Shown here one piece after another: positions 58,526-64,000 of a DNA stretch of 64,000 bases. Position 1 is the stretch's first letter, and each line of letters opens with the position of its first letter. The stretch comes from Candidatus Cloacimonadales bacterium (GTDB lineage: Bacteria > Cloacimonadota > Cloacimonadia > Cloacimonadales > JAIOQZ01). The position numbers and the translations under genes were made by a program. The DNA lies in NCBI GenBank assembly GCA_963665815.1, contig OY762463.1, positions 1,024,001-1,088,000 of the forward strand. The letters are read 5' to 3'. The notes under the pieces were generated by a model. That model saw only the letters and a list, made by a program, of their open reading frames with translations. It was not told where the DNA came from and did no database searches.

Positions 58526-59248
58526 ATGAAAACTTGTACAGGGATCAAACAGTTTACGAGCTTGAAGAAAATACTTATTCTTACACTATTCATTATAACC
58601 GGTTTATGCAGCCTGAACAGCTATAATTTTTCGGACAAACTTTCTTTTTATGCAGAGTTTGATTTTGCTGAGAAAACAAGGTTTGATGAGGTTAAAAACA
58701 AACTTGATGGTCAATCAGAAGCGATTGATGAAGAGATGAAAAATGATTCTCCTCAAATTGCGTATGGCATGAACATTGTTTTGAATAATAAATACAATGC
58801 TGATGTCAGTTATCTACAATCAAACATGACCTATAAATACAAAAGTGGCAGATATGTAGATGAATACAAACTTGAAAACAGCATAATTCATCCAGTACTG
58901 TATCATGCGATTAAGAAAAACAGCACATATTCGTTCAATATTGGAATTGGTTTACTATGCAATAACACCAGACTTATAATTGAAAGCAAAAGAGATGCTG
59001 TAATATTGAGTAAGGAAAAAAGCAAAAGAGAAAGAATATATACCCCAACACTTAATGCTAAAATGCAGAAAATGCTGCCAAATAATTTCCTGAACATAAA
59101 TTTCTTTTTTGGAGCTTCCTGTTCAATCCTGCTTAATACTGAACAGATTCTGAATTTCTCTGATGAAAATCCCCAGACATACGATTATGACTTTAAATTC
59201 AAGAATCCTTTTATTTCTGCAGGTCTTAATCTGGGCTTTTACTTATAG
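58526..59248 (+). CDS. Hypothetical outer-membrane beta-barrel protein
   Basis: Hydrophobic N-terminus and C-terminal AGLNLGFYL. Start uncertain. Confidence 0.6.
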   Translation: MKTCTGIKQFTSLKKILILTLFIITGLCSLNSYNFSDKLSFYAEFDFAEKTRFDEVKNKLDGQSEAIDEEMKNDSPQIAYGMNIVLNNKYNADVSYLQSNMTYKYKSGRYVDEYKLENSIIHPVLYHAIKKNSTYSFNIGIGLLCNNTRLIIESKRDAVILSKEKSKRERIYTPTLNAKMQKMLPNNFLNINFFFGASCSILLNTEQILNFSDENPQTYDYDFKFKNPFISAGLNLGFYL

Positions 59249-59255
59249 AAAAATC

Positions 59256-59927
59256 CTACTCCCCATACTGAATATCTATAGTCATACTTTCAGTACTGGT
59301 GTAATTAACTTCTTCTGATATTACTTGGCCATGGAGTTCGGAAAAGGCATAAATATTGAATTTTCCAGTTAAATCACCATGCTCCATATCACTTCTCATT
59401 GGATTGTTCAGCATAATCTGAGAATCAGAGATTGAGAACTTCCCGTTTTCATCAGTTTTGTCATAGTATGTGAATTGAGTGAAGTTGTCAAAACCAACGG
59501 TACAATATATAGCAGGCACTGCAATTGTTAATGTATCACTACTTTCAACAGATCTCATGTTAACCTTATAGAAATCTGTCTTTACATACTTATCGCTTTC
59601 ATTGGTTCCATCCCAGCTCACAGCGTGATACCCGGCCTCCTGATTTTCGCTTAAAAGCACCTTAACAGTATCAGAAATATTCTCTGTTGATATCCAGATT
59701 TTCGTATATCCAGCATCATGGAGGGAATAGTGGATGCTTGTAGTTGGTCTCTCTGGGGCATCAGTATTTTCATAAACGTAATCTATCCCGACATATGCAT
59801 TTGTAACAGGTTGTCCGTCTGCATCAGTAATCTGACCTTTAACGTATTTAGTATCACTGCTTGTTGAATTGCAACTGCAAAGCAATAAAGAACAAAGTAT
59901 AATCAATATCATCTGTGAGTATCTCAT
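59256..59927 (-). CDS. Lipoprotein with FlgD-Ig-like domain, tandem copy C
   Basis: Lipobox LCSC, VKGQITDADGQPV, AGYHAVSWDGTNE, KTDENGKFSI. Confidence 0.85.
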   Translation of the reverse strand: MRYSQMILIILCSLLLCSCNSTSSDTKYVKGQITDADGQPVTNAYVGIDYVYENTDAPERPTTSIHYSLHDAGYTKIWISTENISDTVKVLLSENQEAGYHAVSWDGTNESDKYVKTDFYKVNMRSVESSDTLTIAVPAIYCTVGFDNFTQFTYYDKTDENGKFSISDSQIMLNNPMRSDMEHGDLTGKFNIYAFSELHGQVISEEVNYTSTESMTIDIQYGE

Positions 59928-59951
59928 TTATTCCCCTTAAAGTATAATCTT

Positions 59952-60629
59952 TTAATCCTCTTCCCCATACTGAATATCTATAGTCATACTTTCAGTACTG
60001 GTGTAATTAACTTCTTCTGATATTACTTGGCCATGGAGTTCGGAAAAGGCATAAATATTGAATTTTCCAGTTAAATTACCATGCTCCATATCATCTCGCA
60101 TTGAACTGTTCAGCATAATCTGAGAGTCAGGGATTGAGAACTTCCCGTTTTCATCAGTTTTGTCATAATATGTAAATTGAGTAAAATTTTCATTGTTTAC
60201 ATTGCAGTATATGGCTGGTACGGCAATAATAAGTGTATCACTTGTTTCATCTGATCTCATATTAAACTTATAGAATCCTGTTTTAACATAGTACCCGTCA
60301 TCATTAGTTGCATCCCATGTTACATAATGATAACCGACATCCATGTTTTCATTAAGAAGCACTTTTACAGTATCAGAAATATTTTCTTTTGATATCCAGA
60401 TCAGTGTTTGTCCTGCTTCCTTTATAGAGAAAGATATATTTGTTGTGGGTCTTCCCAAGTCGTAATCAGTTTCATATCTATAGTCTATTCCCACATAAGC
60501 ATTAGCAACAGGCTGTCCGTTTGCATCAGTAATCTGACCTTTAACGTATTTAGTATCACTGCTTGTTGAATTGCAACTGCAAAGCAATAAAGAACAAAGT
60601 ATAATCAATATCATCTGTGAGTATCTCAT
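59952..60629 (-). CDS. Lipoprotein with FlgD-Ig-like domain, tandem copy B
   Basis: Same architecture; start lies 702 bp from both neighbours. Confidence 0.85.
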   Translation of the reverse strand: MRYSQMILIILCSLLLCSCNSTSSDTKYVKGQITDANGQPVANAYVGIDYRYETDYDLGRPTTNISFSIKEAGQTLIWISKENISDTVKVLLNENMDVGYHYVTWDATNDDGYYVKTGFYKFNMRSDETSDTLIIAVPAIYCNVNNENFTQFTYYDKTDENGKFSIPDSQIMLNSSMRDDMEHGNLTGKFNIYAFSELHGQVISEEVNYTSTESMTIDIQYGEED

Positions 60630-60653
60630 TTATTCCCCTTAAAGTATAATCTT

Positions 60654-61331
60654 TTAATCCTCTTCCCCATACTGAATATCTATAGTCATACTTTCAGTAC
60701 TGGTGTAATTAACTTCTTCTGATATTACTTGGCCATGGAGTTCGGAAAAGGCATAAATATTGAATTTTCCAGTTAAATTACCATGCTCCATATCATCTCG
60801 CATTGAACTGTTCAGCATAATCTGAGAGTCAGGGATTGAGAACTTCCCGTTTTCATCAGTTTTGTCATAATATGTAAATTGAGTAAAATTTTCATTGTTT
60901 ACATTGCAGTATATGGCTGGTACGGCAATAACAAGTGTATCACTTGATTCATCTGATCTCATATTAAACTTATAGAATCCTGTTTTAACATAGTACCCGT
61001 CATCATTAGTTGCATCCCATGTTACATAATGATAACCGACATCCATGTTTTCATTAAGAAGCACCTTAACAGTATCAGAAATATTCTCTGTTGATATCCA
61101 GATTTTTGTATATCCAGCATCATGGAGGGAATAGTGGATGCTTGTAGTTGGTCTCTCTTGGGCATCAGTATTTTCATAAACGTAATCTATCCCGACATAT
61201 GCATTTGTAACAGGTTGTCCGTCTGCATCAGTAATCTGACCTTTAACGTATTTAGTATCACTTTGAGTAAGAAAGCAGCTGCAGAGAGTGAAACATGCTA
61301 ATATTGATAATAGTAAAAGCGAAAATCTCAT
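60654..61331 (-). CDS. Lipoprotein with FlgD-Ig-like domain, tandem copy A
   Basis: Same architecture with its own signal peptide and GGAGG RBS. Confidence 0.85.
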   Translation of the reverse strand: MRFSLLLLSILACFTLCSCFLTQSDTKYVKGQITDADGQPVTNAYVGIDYVYENTDAQERPTTSIHYSLHDAGYTKIWISTENISDTVKVLLNENMDVGYHYVTWDATNDDGYYVKTGFYKFNMRSDESSDTLVIAVPAIYCNVNNENFTQFTYYDKTDENGKFSIPDSQIMLNSSMRDDMEHGNLTGKFNIYAFSELHGQVISEEVNYTSTESMTIDIQYGEED

Positions 61332-61390
61332 TTTTCCTCCGAGTAATAATATAGAATCGAATCTGTTGTATTTTGCAAATGTGTGTCAAT

Positions 61391-61420
61391 AAAAAAAAGG
61401 CTGATGAAAATTCATCAGCC
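61391..61420 (-). terminator. Intrinsic terminator after tRNA
   Basis: GGCTGATGAA/TTCATCAGCC stem followed by a T run on the minus strand. Confidence 0.8.
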
Positions 61421-61428
61421 ATTTATAA

Positions 61429-61504
61429 TGGTGGGCCCAAGAGGAGTCGAACCTCTGACCGTCCGGTTATGAGCCGGAAGCTCTACCAACTGAGCTATAG
61501 GCCC
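61429..61504 (-). tRNA. tRNA with CAT anticodon, probably tRNA-Ile2 (lysidine)
   Basis: GGGCCTA/TGGGCCC acceptor, TCCGG-CTCATAA-CCGGA arm, TTCGACT T-loop, CCA. G1-C72 is paired (not initiator) and the position downstream of rpoD matches ileX. Confidence 0.9.
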
Positions 61505-61582
61505 TGTTATGATTAACAGTAACGGATGTTATAAACTGAAAATCAGACTTTCTTGTCAAGCCGAAATTTCCAATTTTAACAA

Positions 61583-63331
61583 TTATTTAACATTGAAGTT
61601 TTCGTATAACTCCATCAGTTTAGTACTACGGGTTGGATGTCGAAGTTTTTTCAATGCTTTATCTTCTATCTGTCTGATTCTCTCACGAGTCACATTAAAG
61701 ATGTTTCCAACTTCCTCAAGAGTTCTGTGATAACCATCATCAATACCAAATCTTAGACGAATAACACGTTCCTCCCTTACAGTAAGTGAATTCAGAACAT
61801 CATTAACCTGTTTCTTCAGCAGAGTACGTTCTGCCATTCTCTCTGGTGAAATTGTACTTTTATCTTCAATGAAATCCCCAAGTAAACTGTCTTCACTGTC
61901 ATTACCAATAGGTTTATCAAGTGAAACAGGTTCTTTAGATATAGATAGAATACTTTTGATCTTTTCAACTGGCAGATCAAGTGCATCTGCGAGTTCTTCA
62001 GGATAAGGGTCTCTTCCCAGTTTCTGAGTAAGCCGTCTGCTCATCCTGTTAACTTTATTAATAGATTCTATCATGTGAACAGGAACACGAATTGTACGTG
62101 CCTGATCAGCAATAGCTCTTGTAATAGCCTGACGAATCCACCAGGTTGCATAAGTACTGAATTTGTATCCTTTTTTGTAATCGTATTTATCAACAGCTTT
62201 CATCAAACCGGTATTCCCTTCCTGAATAAGATCAAGAAAATCCAGTCCCCTGTTGTTGTAACGTTTAGCAATACTGATTACAAGTCGTACGTTTGCTTCG
62301 ATCATTTCGTTCTTGGCAGTTTCTTTCATTTTTTCGCCGCGTTCGATTTCCTTCATCAGGAAAATCATTTCTTCTCCGGTCATACGGGTCTCAATTTCAA
62401 CTCGACGAATTTTTCTGCGTGCATTTTTAATTTTTCTGAGAGTTTCAACAAAAATTGTAGGATCCATTCCTGTTTCTTTTTCAACTTCAGCAAAATCTTC
62501 TTCTGATTTCTTTGCTTTCCTGCCAAGAGAACAGATTTCTTCCAGATTAAACTTCTTTATTCTGGACAATCCGCTAATTGTTTTATTACTTTCTTTGATA
62601 CGATCAACAAGACTTTTTATTCTATATACAAGTCTCTTTATGAACTTATCATGAAAAGGAACATCTGAGAAAATTTCAATAAGCTTCTTTCTCTTTTCCT
62701 CGATAACCTCCATAATATTCTGATCAATGAAATTACCATAATCATCATATTCGGAATTATCTATAATATCTCCTACTTCATCATAAATCGGCTCAGATAG
62801 TTTAATTGCAATCTGAAACTTCTCAATCAATTTTGAATCTTGTGATTTGTCGATGTAACTGCCAAATTCGATCCTGAATAGTTGATCCAGCCGGATTCTT
62901 TTTTCCTTGAACCTGTGAAGAAAATTGTGCATTTCCCGAAGCGAACTACCAGACATAAACACATAACGGTTTATCCATTTCTGTCCGGACTCAATCTTCT
63001 TGGCAATCCTGATTTCTCCATCCCTGTCAAGCAGTGGGACACGTCCCATTTCCTTGAGATACATACGTACGGGATCATCGTAATAACGTCTGTTTTTGAA
63101 TTTCTTAGCCTGAGGATTTTTCTTGACAGAAACTGATTTCTTCGTGACTTTTTTTTGTGTTTCATCAATGATTTCAATACCGGTTTCGGTTAGGTCAGAT
63201 ATCAGATCATCAATTTTGTCCAGAAATAGTGGGCTATTCGGAAGAATCTCGTTTATCTGCTTGAATGTCAGATATTCATTCTTCTTCCCTAATTCGATTA
63301 AGTTTTCCAAGCATTCTTTGTAACTTAACAT
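61583..63331 (-). CDS. rpoD: RNA polymerase primary sigma factor RpoD
   Basis: [56 protein letters not shown]. Confidence 0.98.
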   Translation of the reverse strand: MLSYKECLENLIELGKKNEYLTFKQINEILPNSPLFLDKIDDLISDLTETGIEIIDETQKKVTKKSVSVKKNPQAKKFKNRRYYDDPVRMYLKEMGRVPLLDRDGEIRIAKKIESGQKWINRYVFMSGSSLREMHNFLHRFKEKRIRLDQLFRIEFGSYIDKSQDSKLIEKFQIAIKLSEPIYDEVGDIIDNSEYDDYGNFIDQNIMEVIEEKRKKLIEIFSDVPFHDKFIKRLVYRIKSLVDRIKESNKTISGLSRIKKFNLEEICSLGRKAKKSEEDFAEVEKETGMDPTIFVETLRKIKNARRKIRRVEIETRMTGEEMIFLMKEIERGEKMKETAKNEMIEANVRLVISIAKRYNNRGLDFLDLIQEGNTGLMKAVDKYDYKKGYKFSTYATWWIRQAITRAIADQARTIRVPVHMIESINKVNRMSRRLTQKLGRDPYPEELADALDLPVEKIKSILSISKEPVSLDKPIGNDSEDSLLGDFIEDKSTISPERMAERTLLKKQVNDVLNSLTVREERVIRLRFGIDDGYHRTLEEVGNIFNVTRERIRQIEDKALKKLRHPTRSTKLMELYENFNVK

Positions 63332-63373
63332 TAACTCTCCTCAGAGTATACTTTACCTAAATTTATAACCTTT

Positions 63374-64000
63374 TTAATTAGAACGAATAGTAATCGTTTT
63401 CATTACACTTTTCGAGCTAATCAACCTTAATAAAGCCTGTATCTCCTTCTTGGCTTTAATAAGTTCCTGAAATTTATCTTCACTTTTGCAATTAGATATC
63501 TCTTTGTTGAGCAGTTGTAGATCCCTGCGGTGCTTACGTACAGTCATCTGCTGCAGTAAATCTTCAATAGAATCGTTTCTTGGTTCCTCAAGAATTATTT
63601 TTCCAACCATGTTTCTCGTGTTCTCATTCTCAATAACGCTCAACAGCATGGAAGAATCATCAATTATGTCTTCATGCTCAATTAATATTCCGTAAATCTC
63701 TCTGCTGACTTCACTCATAAAATAACTTTCATCAATCTCAGAACAAATAAAATTGAGACTTTTTGGATTATAAGCTATAAATCTCAAAATATCCATTTCG
63801 ACATTATCTCTGTCAACATAAGAATTATTTTTTTTTACTTTTGCCCTTCTGTTCAATTTAGAAAGAAGTCCTGTCTCTGATACTCCAAAAACTTCTCCAA
63901 CTTCATGAACAATTTTCTTTATGTATAATTCTTTCTCTGTCTGATCATGAATCCCCTGTATTACTTCCATAATGTATTTAACTTTATCACTTTCTGTATA
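63374..64000 (-). CDS. dnaG: DNA primase C-terminal part, 5' truncated by window edge
   Basis: Frame is open to the window end, helical primase-C-like sequence, directly upstream of rpoD (conserved dnaG-rpoD order). Catalytic motifs are not in the window. Confidence 0.7.
   Translation of the reverse strand, partial: YTESDKVKYIMEVIQGIHDQTEKELYIKKIVHEVGEVFGVSETGLLSKLNRRAKVKKNNSYVDRDNVEMDILRFIAYNPKSLNFICSEIDESYFMSEVSREIYGILIEHEDIIDDSSMLLSVIENENTRNMVGKIILEEPRNDSIEDLLQQMTVRKHRRDLQLLNKEISNCKSEDKFQELIKAKKEIQALLRLISSKSVMKTITIRSN

Noticed and set aside
59256-61331. Diversity-generating retroelement or shufflon
   Set aside because: No reverse transcriptase or recombinase nearby, differences are block-wise rather than adenine-specific, and all copies are co-oriented intact genes.

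Overview
AT-rich bacterial chromosome segment, probably Candidatus Cloacimonadota or another FCB-group lineage. This is inferred only from several secreted proteins ending in NPFNPET..YN.KGQK-type FlgD-Ig/T9SS-like C-terminal domains. Most of the window is housekeeping and envelope genes: iscS (partial), two hybrid histidine kinases, a grx-marR-osmC-trx redox operon, tRNA-Arg(TCG), nfeD-SPFH, an ECF sigma/anti-sigma/PDZ unit, a C10 peptidase, an extended feo iron-uptake operon with three DtxR-type boxes, tRNA-Ile2(CAT), rpoD and dnaG (partial). The most unusual part is 30.4-34.8 kb. It holds an orphan Rhs toxin/immunity-like cassette whose core is interrupted in frame by copies of a 75-bp element with compensatory base-pair changes and GNA triloops. 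It also holds scrambled gene fragments, REP-like hairpins and a 189-192-bp tandem array that re-duplicates the 3' end of a chromosomal gene from the loop of an inverted repeat (att-like or structured-RNA-like). Other items of note are a mosaic 702-bp triplication of lipoprotein genes, candidate sRNAs near 48 kb, a divergent pair of 148-aa paralogs and a methyltransferase pseudogene with three lesions next to an orphan PPTase. All calls come from reading the sequence; no database searches were run.
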